This document shows positions 1 through 16,135 of a DNA stretch of 64,000 nt, piece after piece. A model generated the notes under the pieces. The model was not told where the DNA came from and searched no databases. It saw nothing but the letters and a program-made list of their open reading frames with translations. The DNA is from Eledone cirrhosa (taxonomy: Eukaryota). A program made the translations under genes and the position numbers. Each line of letters starts with the position of its first letter. Positions within the stretch are counted from its first letter, which is position 1. The stretch covers positions 31,248,001-31,312,000 of the forward strand of contig OZ024745.1 in assembly GCA_964016885.1 (NCBI GenBank), given 5' to 3'.

Positions 1-131
1 ATTCATTGATGATAAAAGAAAAAAGGATTTATAACTAGAACTATAGATAATTTAGAATGCCAAACATAATATGCTGCTGCTACAACAACAGCAACTACTA
101 CTACTGCTTCTACTACTACTATCACTAGTAA

Positions 132-320
132 TAATAATTGTTTCTACTTTAGGCACAAGGCCAGCACTTACCCAGTGCATTACTGGTACTTTATTTTATC
201 GACCCCGTAAGGATGAAAGGCAAAGTCAATCTCGGCGGGATTTGAACTCATATCGTAAAGGGACGTAACTATGCTGGAAAGCATGGCGTCCGACCCTCTA
301 CCGATACTGCCAATCCACCA
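132..320 (-). mobile_element. tRNA-derived SINE (family A)
   Basis: Minus strand reads tggattggcagtatcggtagagggtcggacgcc...gagttcaaatcccgccgag (A/B-box-like head), body gcctttcatccttacggggtcgataaaataaagtaccagt, 3' end ggccttgtgcctaaagtagaaacaattatt; >15 copies in window. Confidence 0.85.
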
Positions 321-342
321 ATAATAATGGTTTCTTATAGAG

Positions 343-562
343 ACGCTGTAATGTGGCCGTGTAGGCAACACGGTAAAAACCTCCCAGCCCCACACTGTAA
401 ATGTGGTTGGTGTTAGGAAGGGCATCCAGCTGTAGAAAACCCGCTAGATAGTCCTATGCGAGCAAGATAATCACTCTTGCCTCAAGTGGGAAAACCCCCG
501 TCCAAACCCATGCAAGCGTGGAACACGGACGTTAAACGTTGATGATGATGATGATGATGATG
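343..562 (+). mobile_element. 3' terminal fragment of RTE-clade LINE with (GAT)n tail
   Basis: Nearly identical to 48905-49116, the 3' UTR of an RT-coding RTE fragment; ends ggacgttaaacgtt(gat)n. Confidence 0.8.
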
Positions 563-767
563 ACACAAGGCAGCAATTTTGGGGGAGAGGAAAGTCGATT
601 TAAATCGACCCCCCACTGCGTGACTGGTACTTTATTTTATTGACCACATAAGGATGAAAGGCAAAGTTACCCTCGGCGGAATTTGAACTCAGAACGCAAA
701 GGGAAGTAACTCTATGTCGTAAAGCATGTTGTCCGACGCTCTATCAATAATGCCAATTTATCGCCCT
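563..767 (-). mobile_element. tRNA-derived SINE (family A, longer variant)
   Basis: Same head and body motifs as 132-320, with internal gtcgatttaaatcgac. Confidence 0.8.
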
Positions 768-905
768 AATAATAATAATAATAATTTGTTTATTGGCCAC
801 AAGGGCCGAAACATGAAGGACAATACAAAAACAAGGACAGTGAGGGGTTTACATAAAATCGAGTAAAAAAGATAACAAAATACATAACAATAATGATCCC
901 CAGTC
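768..905 (-). mobile_element. Probable non-LTR retroelement 3' end (AATAAA + (ATT)n tail)
   Basis: Minus strand ends gtttcggcccttgtggccaataaacaaattattattattattatta. Confidence 0.45.
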
Positions 906-949
906 CAAAAACAAGATGGACAGACCAAAGGGGAGACACAAAATAAAAA

Positions 950-1180
950 CCTAGTCACTGAGGAGGTTACAGAATATGTGACAAAAGAGCTTTGACAATA
1001 TATAAACAACCATCCGGTTATCAAACCAACCAGCCAACCGGAAATTTATAATAAATTGAAGTGAAACCAAAAGGTGCGTGTGTTTTTATTGGCAGCATGA
1101 CCCTCCCAAATTATAACAATATCTGTTTCAACACACGTTTTCAGAAAAGAAATCTTGCAAAACAAATTCAAAAACGAAAT
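950..1180 (+). mobile_element. Diverged copy of HHR-bearing Penelope-like pLTR unit (family P2); ribozyme core mutated (GAAA>AAAA)
   Basis: Homologous to 45487-45748; gtca CTGAGGA ggttaca-gaata-tgtgac AAAA gagc tt tgac; ends at the same aaacgaaat|(at)n point. Confidence 0.7.
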
Positions 1181-2000
1181 ATATATATATATTTATAAAC
1201 AAGTATATAGATGGAAAAATTATCTTTTATCTTTTAAATCATATTTATTTCCTTACATATGTTTCAAGGGAGTTGTACATCCAACCATTTGAAATGTTAT
1301 GAAACAATTCACATAATCAATATCTATATACAGGTATTGATATATAAACTTAATTGTACATTCCCCCTCTTCAGAGGAGAAATAAAATGTTTTAAAAAGA
1401 GTGAGAATGTGTGTGAAATACAACTTGTACTTTAGGCAAGAAAGAGCGGGTGGACTTTGTGGGGTTTGTTTTGCATGGTTCGGCAAGAGAGGTGTATCAG
1501 AGGTGAAGAGTAAGGGTTGGGGCGGGGGAAGTTACATAAGTTTGACATGGGTGAGGTGTGTGGATTATTGAGCAGGTGAAAAGGGGTAGGTATTAATATT
1601 GGGGAACAGTAAAGAGCAAGAGATTAGTATAAATTAGTGTCTTCTAAATGAGAGAGGAGGTGAGAGAGGAGAGGGGGGAAGAAGGGGTGGGGGTAGGGAA
1701 TTACTTCTGCAGAGGTGTAGCTGGTTGTAATAGTAATAAACATTGATAAAGAAGTTTAAACACCTTGAGCATGAAAGACGTTTTACCAAAGACCCGAGTT
1801 ACCAACAAGAATAACATTTTACCAGATACTGAATATTTTTAGAGCACAAACAAATATAAAAAGTAATAATAAAAATAAAAAGAAGTATATTTAAATGAAT
1901 AAACAAATATTTCATGATTAATTCTTACAGAACGTAAACTGAGACATCTGCATAAAATATAAGCTAGCATGTTATTGTAGCATTATTTTCATAGGTGGAT

Positions 2001-2181
2001 GGCGGTGGATTGGCAGTATCGGTAGAGAGTCGGACACCATGCTTTCCAGCATAGAGTTACGTCCCTTTATGATCTGAGATCCCACCGAGGTTAACTTTGC
2101 CTTTCATCCTTACGGGGTCGATAAAATAAAGTACCAGTAATGTACTGGGTAATTGCTGGCCTTGTGCCAAAAATAGAAACA
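2001..2181 (+). mobile_element. SINE family A inserted into the 5' junction of another copy
   Basis: Flanked by attattttcataggt(g/a)gat at 1982-2000 and 2182-2200. Confidence 0.85.
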
Positions 2182-2193
2182 ATTATTTTCATA

Positions 2194-2377
2194 GGTAGAT
2201 TGGCAGTATCGGTAGAGGGTCGGACGCCATGCTTTGACGCATAGAGTTACGGCCCTTGCCATTCTGAGTTCAAATCCTGCCGAAGTTAACTTTGCCTTTC
2301 ATCCTTACGGGGTCGATAAAATAAAGTATCAGTAATGCACTGGGTAATTGCTGGCCTTGTGCCAAAAAGTAGAAACA
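2194..2377 (+). mobile_element. SINE family A
   Basis: Full head and body; followed by attattttcata (2378-2389) matching the upstream TSD. Confidence 0.85.
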
Positions 2378-4488
2378 ATTATTTTCATAATTTTCCACAG
2401 AAATATTTTCCACTCTCAGATTGAACTTCTGTTTATTCTATTTTATTTTATTTTTCCTTCTATTTCAGTCAATAATATGGCTATTACATGACACCATGGT
2501 ATCTTATGAAGGGTATATTCTTGCCTTGAAACATTCATACATAGGAAAAGCTGTTATTTCCATACTTCCTCTGACACCCATTGTTTCTTGGCAAATTCAC
2601 ATTATTCACTGCTAAATATACTTTAAAGATCCAACCTGAAGCTGAGAATTCTTTAATCTGTATGAATGTCTAAATGCTGAGAATGTTAACTAGATTTAAG
2701 TTCATTTAAAATATAAATTGATTTTAAAGAGGATTATGTTTTCAAGATAATTTTTGAGATTATGTCTTATCTCTAAACGGTCTTGTTGATTAGCCCTATC
2801 AGTCCTGACTAATGATAGCTATGTTCAAAGGCATTGCAACTGTGAACGCCCAGGCTTCATTTTTTTTTCAGACTGTGTATTTAAGATCATATTATCTAAT
2901 GCATTCTTTCTTGTTTAAGACAGTATGGTGTAATTTAAAAGAAATTTGGTTGCTTTTTCAGACAGTTTCAGAAAGTATATATAGGCTTCTTGATTGGCTC
3001 TCTAGGGTTAAATGTTTAAGACATGAATTTCTTTCATGGTCAATATCACAGGTAACAAAATTTATAGATTTAGGAGAAATTTTCTTGTTTATTATAAAAA
3101 TCTTCTTAAAAAAAAAACAAAAAATGAAAAACCTATTCATTTTTAAATCACAAGAAGTCAAACTTATTTCTATGCAACTATACATTGATAAAATGTATGA
3201 CAGAAGGTGCTATTTTCAATTATTGCACAAATGGGTTTTTTGTGCACAAAACAACATATAACTGTTTAGTAGTTAAGTTGTCTGTTCATAGAAAGAATTA
3301 AATACTTGCAGTAGTTATGAAATCATAGTTTGTCCATTTAACAATTTCCCATCAGAATCAGTTTATTAGAAAATAATTTTAAAGTTTTTCTTTTGTGCTA
3401 TTTCTATTATTTTTTGTTTGTTTTTGTTAAATTCTTTTCACATAAAAAACCCACCATATTCCCTTTTCCTATATCTATCAACTCGAAACCTTTACTCTGC
3501 TCTATACTTCTATTTTCTTTCAAAACTTCAGTTTCTTCTTAGAACTCTCAATCTGTGATCAACAATTGATAAATCTCAATTGCTATTTAGATCCAAGTGA
3601 ACAATCAATTTTGTAAGGAGGAAAAAAGTATATTACAACACAGATTGTATGTTTAATATGGGATTAGTTAGAAATTGTAGAAAAATAAGTGAGGAAATTG
3701 ATAAATTTTAGAAAGAGTAACTACAAGGTAATATGTTTTTAATAAATTCCATGATGTCTAACAAGGGATTTGTTCCAGCTTTACTAACTTGACCTTTAGA
3801 TAACATTTCTCCACTATCCTTTCTAAGTAAGCATTTATACATCAATAGTTTGGATTTCAAAGGACAACATCTTTTCAATATCTTCCTTCAAAACCAAAGA
3901 GACATGCATGGAGTAGATATCAACAGCTGGACAATCTACGATGTAAAATCCTGGATGAATTTACACGGCAGTATAAAATACAAATGAGCACAGGGAAATC
4001 AAATTCAGTATATACCATGTGTGCATGGCTGCAATAAAGTTTATGGTAGAGTCATAGCAAGAGGGTGGGGAAAGTATTCACCTACGAGCACATATGTGAA
4101 GTGGAGAAAATCTTCCCCTGAATTATCATGCCTGTTAAATAAAGTGGGGATGTGTTATGTGTTATCTGAGGATCCTGCCAGTGTGCAGCTGAGTAACAAG
4201 GCTCACTACATAGTCGTATTAAATAAATATATATGGTTGATGTTAGGAAGAGCATCCAGTCGTAGAAACCAAGCCAGAAACAGTTCTGTATAAGCAAGAC
4301 ATGGTCTCCTGACATGAATTGACTCACAATGGAACAACTCATCTAACCCATGCTGGCATGGAAATATGAATGTTAAACAGTGATAATGATGATGATGATA
4401 TGTGTGTGTGTGCGTGTGTGTGTATAAAGTGGAGTAATTTGATCTGTAAAAATTTTTTAGAAAATGTAATGATTCAAAGAGTACCTTA

Positions 4489-5727
4489 TCTATATATATA
4501 AAACAGAGGATGTCTGTCTGTGTGTCTGTTTCCCTAAAACTCGAGAAGTACCCAATCGTTTTTTTTTTCAAACTTTACACATGTAACCCATATGGCCCCG
4601 GAAGTGTTTTGAGCAAAAAAAAAAAAAATTCAAATTATTCTGACCTAGGGATCGGATTAGTGAAGTGGCCAATGTCTGTACATAATGAGGGAGTGAAAGA
4701 AAAGGAGAGGCGAAGTGAAGAAGTGGCTCTCTACTCCTCCTCCTCCTCCTCATTCGTCACAGCGTTTTTCGATAGAGGGGAGAAATGTGAACGAGTTACA
4801 GAGAGAAAGAGTGAGAGTGAAAGAAACAGACAGACTAAAAGAGGAGGATAGTGGAGAGAGAGAGAGAGAGAGAGAGTGACAGACGCCGTCTTTTGAGAGT
4901 TGTATGCGTCAAAGATACATGTCAGTGGAATAACTATTGCGTGTGTGTGTACGTGCGCGTGAGTGATTATAAACTCTCTCATGGTCTGATGGAATTAACC
5001 CTTTAGCATTTACATTACTCTATATACTATATTATTTTCATGGTAAAGGCTTTATCTCACATAATATAAAAATCTCATAGATTTAATATTATTTATTTTG
5101 AGAACAATACCTTAACCCTTTAGTATTAATGTGAGTGAGTTATAAAGAGAAAGAGTGAGAGTGAAAGAAACAGACAGACTAAAAGAGGGGGATAGCGGGA
5201 GAGAGAGAGAGAGAGAGAGAGGCGCTGGAAGAGGGGAAAGGAAAGCTATATGTCTTGCTGTCTGCATTACGATACATATATATACACACACACACTGATC
5301 GCGTCATATTGACGTAAAGCAGACAGCCAGACATACAGACAGATATTATAAGGGCTCAACGTTATATCTATGTATCTATCTAAAAAGAAAGACTAAGAAT
5401 TATAGAGAGAGATCGCTAAATCGCGTAATGCGGTCCCTAGGGCATTGCAAATTTGAAAATCTTTTGCTCAAAACACTCACAGGACCATAAGTATTACATG
5501 TGTAAAGTTTGAAAACAATCGGTTGGGTGGTTCTCAAGTTTTAGTGAGCTGACAGACAGACAGACAGACATTCTCTGTTTTAGATATATAGACTAGCAGA
5601 AAACCGCACACCGAGTGGTTTTCTGCTAGTATATATATATATTACACACACAGAAATGTATATATATTTCTGTGTGTATATATATATATATTACACACAC
5701 AGAAATGTATATATATTTCTGTGTGTG

Positions 5728-5776
<49 letters not shown>

Positions 5777-6352
5777 CACACACAGAAATGTATATATATT
5801 TCTGTGTGTATATATATATATATATATTTCTGTGTGTATATATATATATATATATTTCTGTGTGTGTATATATATATATTACACACACACAGAAATGTAT
5901 ATATGTTTCTGTAGCACCCCTCAATTCCCCCCTCTCTCCCTCCCGCTATCCCCCTCTTGTAGTCTGTCTCTTTCTTTCACTCTCACTCTCTCTCTCTCTA
6001 CGCGTGCGCAAAAAACATTCGCACGCGAGCACGTGTTTTAGCGTCTATTCACTCTCTCTCTCTCTCTCGCTATCCCCCTCTCGTAGTCTGTCTTTTTCTT
6101 TCACTCCCACTCTCTCTACGCGTGCGCAAAAAACATTCGCACGCGCTTCCACTGTCGGACAGACAGACAGAGAAATTGCTGGTTATATATTATAAGGAGA
6201 TATATATATATTCGTGTACAGATATTTTTGCATACACAATAACAAAATATAAATAAACGTATTTATTTCACGAGGCTCAATAAGGATAAATATATATCAA
6301 ATATATAAGAACCCTAGAGCAAATCCCGAGTAACGCCGGGCCATTCTGCTAG
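4489..6352 (+). mobile_element. Nested cluster of non-autonomous Helitron-like elements
   Basis: 5' a|TCTATATATATAAAAC at 4489; 3' hairpin cccgagtaacgccggg then ttctgCTAG|t at 6349-6353; related 5' ends on minus strand at 5592 and 6200. Confidence 0.65.
5593..6200 (-). mobile_element. Non-autonomous Helitron-like element (minus strand)
   Basis: Minus 5' TCTCCTTATA...ctgtctgtctgtccg at 6200; 3' ggttttctgCTAG at 5593-5605; internal (TA)/(CA) repeats. Confidence 0.55.
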
Positions 6353-7265
6353 TACTGTATAAAACTAGAAACTCTAAGTTGTTGAATGGAGAGAATTATT
6401 TAACAATTAGCATTGCTACAAGAATAATGGTTGGGGTTTAAAGAGAATCAAAACACCTGTTTCTCAAGCAAATATTGATGATTTATGTGTTGGAAATTAA
6501 AATAAATTCATAAGAGAGAAGCAATTTGTTGAAACATGAGACAGCTGTTATTGCACCTAATTAAGTGGAAAGATTTCAAATATTTCAACAACAAACAAAC
6601 AAAAGAAAGAAGAAAGAAACAGAAAAATGAAAGAGAAAGCAAAGGTTAAATGCTGCAAAGTCCAGAAATGAATTTTCCTAGCAATGTTTTAAGTAAATTA
6701 TTTTAATCCAAATTTAACGAGCAGCTTAGTAAGTCTTTACACCTAAATATATGTTAGTAGTAGATGGAGTAGGCAAGAAAGCAAGGTGAAAACGAAGAAA
6801 ATATTTAAAATATTTAGAGGAAGAAGATAATTTATACATACATACTTGCATACATATACATATACACAATATATATAAAGTTATATCTGTATACATATAG
6901 ACTAGGTGCTTTATTTCTTGTGTCACCAGCACGACCACCTTACAGACTGGACTGGGTGCTTTTTTTCTCGTGTAACCAACACAACTTTTATACAGGGTGG
7001 ACTTTTGTATCACCAGCACGACCACCTTACAGAGTAGACTGGGTGCTTTTGATAATGTGGCACCAGATCACCATACTGGGTGGAGTTAGTGATTTTTTAA
7101 ATCATGGTAACAGTATCTATAAGGGAGCAAATCTAGAGCATGTCCAGCTTTTCCTGCTTGTATGTATAGGTTGGACAAAAGAGATGTATCAGGGGTGAGG
7201 AAGGTGAGGGTCAGGGAACGGGTATACAAGTTGTACATGTATGAGGGAATATATATATATATATA

Positions 7266-8091
7266 CAGGGTGCGGACGGTATTTGAGGATAGATTTATGG
7301 TTTTAAAAAAAAACGCTTATATAATAACAGAAAAAAACTGTATTCTTATAAAAATAACATAAAGCTAAATTATCAATTTAATAATTTCGTTCAATAAAAC
7401 CACCATAAGCATCAATAACTGCCTCTACACGGGGTCGAAATCGTTGCAAGCTCGGATTAAGTGGTCCTTGTTCATATCGGACAGACTCGAACTAATGCGG
7501 CTTTCAAAGAATCTTTAGTGCTATGGGGGTGTTCATTGACATTTTCCTCAACGATGGTCCATACATAGTAGTCCAGTGGATTAAGATCTGGAGAATTAGG
7601 AGGCCAAATGTTGGGGGTGATGTGATCATGCAATTTTACGACCATCCATTCTTGTGTCATTTGAGCCTTGTGTGATGGTGCAGAATCTTGTTGAAAGACA
7701 AGGCCTTCCATTGCATACACTGTTGATCCAAGGCTTAACAACTTTATCCAGAACCTCAATATATGCAGCAGCATTCACCCTAAGGCCTTGTGGAAAAAAG
7801 TGAGGAGGATCACATGTCCTTCATTGCTAACACCACCCAAAACCATGACACTTGCATCTTCTTTCTCTAACTCACACCGAATCTTGTGGACAAAAGATCT
7901 TGCAACTTTCAGAAAAAGAGAAAAGTCTAAATCCCCATGCTTAGCCTTCAAAGCCACAATCACAGCATGCTTTTCATTTCATTAGTAAGCATAGTTATTT
8001 TCATTGTTATTTTCTGAAATAGAAGTTCAATAAAAATTAGTCAAATAAAATAACTAAAAATGCATGTGTCCTCAAATACCGTCGCACCCTG
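7266..8091 (-). mobile_element. Internally deleted Tc1/mariner DNA transposon, DD37D (maT) type
   Basis: TIRs cagggtgc(g)gacggtatttgagga at both ends, TA flanks; minus ORF 7472-7774 has FQQDSAPSH...WPPNSPDLNPLDY with 37 residues between the last two Asp. Confidence 0.9.
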
Positions 8092-8125
<34 letters not shown>

Positions 8126-9457
8126 TAGTGAAGACCTGGCCAACACCATACAATGTGGCCTGTTACCCCTTCCACTAGCACACCATAGCAGCTATCCTCA
8201 CCAATCCATCCATATCTCACCCCCAGCATTCACTCTTCAGCTACCGCCCCCTCAAAACCCCACAGGTACCCTCACTATCGTTCCCAGGTAGCTACTCTCT
8301 TCCCACCCATGCCCCTTCCATTAGCACTCCTTAGCAGCTATCCTTACCATTACTATACCTCCAGCCATGCCCTCTCCTGTTTTCATGCCTTAATTGCTCC
8401 CCACCCCTAAAACTACGTACCTTCATTATCGCACCCTAGTAGCTACTCGCTTCACCCCACCCATACCTTCTTCACTATCACCCCTTAGTTATTTCTTCCG
8501 TCACTACACATCCCCTTCCAGGCACTGGTGAGTGTTACCCTCCCTCCTCCAGCGCTAATGACCAAACCATCCACGCCCCCACCCCGACACTTCAGTATTC
8601 TTACCACGGCACCTCCTTCTCCATTTATCACCTTGTCAAATAATTCTACACTTGCCATAACTTATCTCTTTTCTATGTCCCCTCCCCACTCCGAGCAGAG
8701 AGGGCTTCCCCGTTGGGACAAGGACCAACCCTGTACACCTTTAAGGTGGTTGGCGACAGGAAGGACACCCTTCTGTAGAAATACGCCTATATATATATAT
8801 ATATACAAAAAAACAAAACAAAAAAAAAAAGAGTTGAGAGGACTGTTTAGTCATGTCACGGCGCGACAACTTCTCTAGTGTTGGTGATCTACACGATAAA
8901 TGCACCAAGTACACGCTGTGAAGTGATTGGTCACAGAAAGGGCATCCAGCAGTAGAAAGTTTGCAAAACAAAGAGACGGGAGGACCCTTCAGTTGTGACA
9001 AAGACATGACAACCTCTCCTGTTCACTCGATAGAACGTAAGACCATTACGTGAGCGAGATACAGACGAACGACCTGTCTGGGAGGTCAGTGACCCCCGCT
9101 TCGGTTACTGACTTGGTATATGTCGACCAGTCTAACTCTTGCTAGTAGGGAAAGCGGACGTTAAACGATGAAGGTGATGATATACATACATACACATACA
9201 TACATACATACACACACCCATAATACTTTTATTGATTATTATGTTAAAATGATTCACAAATTTATACTAAAGGTAAATATACTACTTAGAGATTTGTTTG
9301 TATTTGATACAGGCATTAAGTGAAATAAACTGTAATATTACCTGCCTCTCACATAAAAACATAACTCAAGGGAGTAAGTTTTATATGTGTATATATGTGT
9401 ATAACCTTGTGGCGAATCATCACACACATGTATATATTTATATACGCGCGCACACAC

Positions 9458-9492
<35 letters not shown>

Positions 9493-10558
9493 ATAAAATA
9501 CAATAAAAATAAACAAACAAAATCTAGAGGTAGATTTCAATGGAATATTGTGTGATTTGGCAACTAAAAATACTTGTGTGGATAAGAGAGGGTGAAAGTG
9601 TGTGTAAGAAATGTTTTCATTCCTTGAAAGGGTGGAAGGAGGTGAAAAAAAACTACTTCTAAATGAAATGAAAGAACAGGAAGAAAGAAAAAAACAACAA
9701 CAATAAAGTAATATATATGAAGAAAAAAACACATAAAAACTACAGATAAAAAATAAAGAAAGCAATAGAAAATAATCTGAGAGTAGTTAGTTCAGTCCAA
9801 ATCTAGAACCAGCATGAGAAGAAGGAGTAATGCAGGTCGTCCTAGTATATGTAGCTGGGGGAGAAAAGATAGTTTGTTTCCAGTCATACAAGTGAGTACT
9901 AAACAGATTTATTTAAAAAATCTTTTATTTCTCAATCATTTATCTAATACTGATGCTGTTCAATACAAATCAATGTGTTTTTTTTTGTTTTTTTTTCTCT
10001 TCTTCTGCCTCCTTCAAATATTAAAATAAACCCAAAAGGTAGACAACAAGCACTAAGAAAAAAACACAAACAAAAACAACAGTAAAAGATGTATATACAT
10101 GTATACATGTATGTATATGTTTGTGCTGTTTTATGTGTAGATAGTTTTTTTTTTTTTCATTATACAAAAAACAAAAAAAACATCTCGTATTTGATTGATA
10201 CCTGTCAAACTCCACTGCTATAAGCAAAATATATAGTAAATGTAGACATTAACTATAGTTTAAATAGGATTAATTAAAAAACATATCATAACTTGGATGG
10301 TGATTCTTTTTATACTTATGTTTTAAGAATTTGGAAATATTTGATTTAATGTTAGACGAAACACTCATTCATATGTATGTTTTACACACACACACATATC
10401 CGACCTGCCAATACAATGAAAAAAAAAAAGAGAATTGAGGTAAAATGGGGGAGATTTTACATAAATGAAAGCTATACCCATTTTTACAAGAGAAGATATC
10501 TCTCACCCACCCCAAAGTGGGTGAGAGATCTCTCCGTAGGACGGAGAGAGTTGACAGG

Positions 10559-10612
<54 letters not shown>

Positions 10613-10819
10613 TATATACACAGACATATACACACACACACACACATATCTACCTATCTATTTTCCATCCTATACCTTGTTTATTCAACTATTTATAGTT
10701 ATTCACTATTATTATAGTTATCTACATTGTGGCGACTATATTTTTAAATTGGATAACTGGTAACTCCACCTTCTCTCTCTATATATATGTGTGTGTGTAT
10801 AGAGAGGGGGGTGGGGGTC

Positions 10820-12170
10820 GAGCTGATGGATTAGAAAGTACTTACTGAAAGAATTATTGCAGAGCTGATTAGAGACAGAATTAAATGAATTGCAGTTTGA
10901 CTTCATACCAGGAAGCAGTACTACTGATGCCTTCTTCCTTGTGAGGCAACTGCAGGTGCAAGCCTTTTTACCTAGCTTTCTACAAACCAAGGACGGAGTA
11001 TGTCTTTCTGTCTAACCTTTGTTAACTTGGAGAAGGCTTTTGACGAGCTACTACACTTGGTACACTCTGTAATATGGTGAATACTAAGAAAACTAGGGTT
11101 AGTTGAATGGTTTGTGTGGGTTGTGCAAGCCATGTGCAAGTGTACAGTCAGCAAACTAAGGGTTAACAATGAGTACAGTGGCAAACTATGGGTCTACCAG
11201 GGCTCAGTTCTCAGCCCTCTTCTGTTTATCATAATCCTCCATGCCCTTACAGAATAGTTTAAGATTGGCTTCCCACGGAAACTCCTATATGCTGATCACC
11301 TAGGTCTTATAGCTGATTCTGTTGTAGAGCTAGAGAGGAAATTACAGACATGGAAATAAGCCCGGGAATTGAAAGACCTTAAAGTAAACTAGGCAATGAC
11401 TGAAGTTCTCATAAGTAGGAAAAAAAGACAGTTCCTTAATACCACCATGTATGTAGAAAGGTAACGGAGAGGAATGTCACAGAGTGCACTTTTATGGATA
11501 CACAAGAGATGTAGTAAGACCACAGATGAACTTACAAAGAATGTAAATGTTATACATGGCAAATACACATGAATGGTAAGCACTAAAAGTATACAAGAAA
11601 TAGACTCTAATGGCTCTATAGAAGTAGTTGACAGTTTTTCCTGTCTAGTTGACCTAATTGGTAGAGGAGATATGTGCTCTGAAAGCATAGTAGCTGAGGT
11701 AAGAAGCAGTTGGAAAAAGTTCAGGGAGCTATTACCTTTGCTGGTAACAAAGGGTTTCACTCTTAGATCGAATGGTAAACCATTTGATGCTTGTGTTCAA
11801 AATATAATGTTGCATGGTAGTGTGAAATGGACCATGAATAGAGGGTATTTACAGAGATTAGAAAGAAGTGAAATGAGTACATTCTGATGGATGTGTAATG
11901 TTAGTATACACGTTTGATGGAGCACAAATAGAGAGAAAAACCACGTATAACCAGATGTAGTATACAAGAGAGAAATGTTGCTGGTATGTGCATGTGATGC
12001 ACGTGGAGGATGATAACTGAATAAAATAGTGCAGGGTACTCAAAGTGGATGGAACGTTTGTCTAACTGGTGAGAACCAATCTCTAGAAGCTAAACCTCAC
12101 AACAGAGATGACAAACAACTGTGATGATGAGTGATATGCAGTGCAGGGGAAGACTTACAACTCCATACAG
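10820..12170 (+). pseudogene. Degenerate RTE-clade LINE reverse transcriptase fragment
   Basis: Broken frames resembling QFGF.PG.STTDA.F.VRQLQ, QGSVLSPLLF, LLYADD, WKKFRELLPLLVTKGF; many stops and frameshifts. Confidence 0.85.
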
Positions 12171-12384
12171 TCATGATGAAATGAATGGGTAGGTAGGAGT
12201 CAGTGGCTGGGATATACATCTACATTTAATGTCTCCTGTCTAAATCCCCACCTTCTCCCTCTCACTACCCCATCCCCATACTGGATGGCAGTGGATCTGT
12301 CTGTTTTCACCTTCTCTTCTCTATGTTCCACAATGCTGCCCATCTAATGGAGAATGTCTTTATTTGTGTCCATGTCCAACCCCA

Positions 12385-12695
12385 GTGAAGGCATATGGCT
12401 TATTGGTTAAAACATCAGGCTTACAATCGTGAGGTTGTGAGTTTGATTCTCGGACCGGGCTTTGCATTGTGTTCTTGAGTAAGACACTTTATTTCGAGTT
12501 GCAACATCACTGGTGCCAAACTGTATTGGCCATTGTTTTTTCCTTAGACAACAATACCTTGCAACTGCTGGTCTCCCACAAACAACCTTGCCTGAACTTG
12601 TGACTTGGATGGAAACTTTCTAAGTGCAAATCCCATGGTCATTCATGACCAAAGGAGGTCTTTACCCTTTACCCTATCCAACCCCACCACTGACA
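12385..12695 (+). mobile_element. tRNA-derived SINE (family C, CORE-like centre), diverged
   Basis: gtgaaggcatatggcttattggttaaa...gtgagtttgattctcggaccggg...cttgagtaagacactttattt, as at 20655. Confidence 0.6.
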
Positions 12696-12740
12696 TCATC
12701 ATCAGCCCCCCACCCCACCCCACCACATACAAGCTCTGTA

Positions 12741-12940
12741 NNNNNNNNNNNNNNNNNNNNNNNNNNNNNNNNNNNNNNNNNNNNNNNNNNNNNNNNNNNN
12801 NNNNNNNNNNNNNNNNNNNNNNNNNNNNNNNNNNNNNNNNNNNNNNNNNNNNNNNNNNNNNNNNNNNNNNNNNNNNNNNNNNNNNNNNNNNNNNNNNNNN
12901 NNNNNNNNNNNNNNNNNNNNNNNNNNNNNNNNNNNNNNNN
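12741..12940. other. Assembly gap (200 N)
   Basis: Run of n. Confidence 1.

Positions 12941-16135
<3,195 letters not shown>

Noticed and set aside
2001-2100. tRNA genes at SINE heads
   Set aside because: Only A/B-box-like motifs, no complete cloverleaf, continuous with SINE bodies
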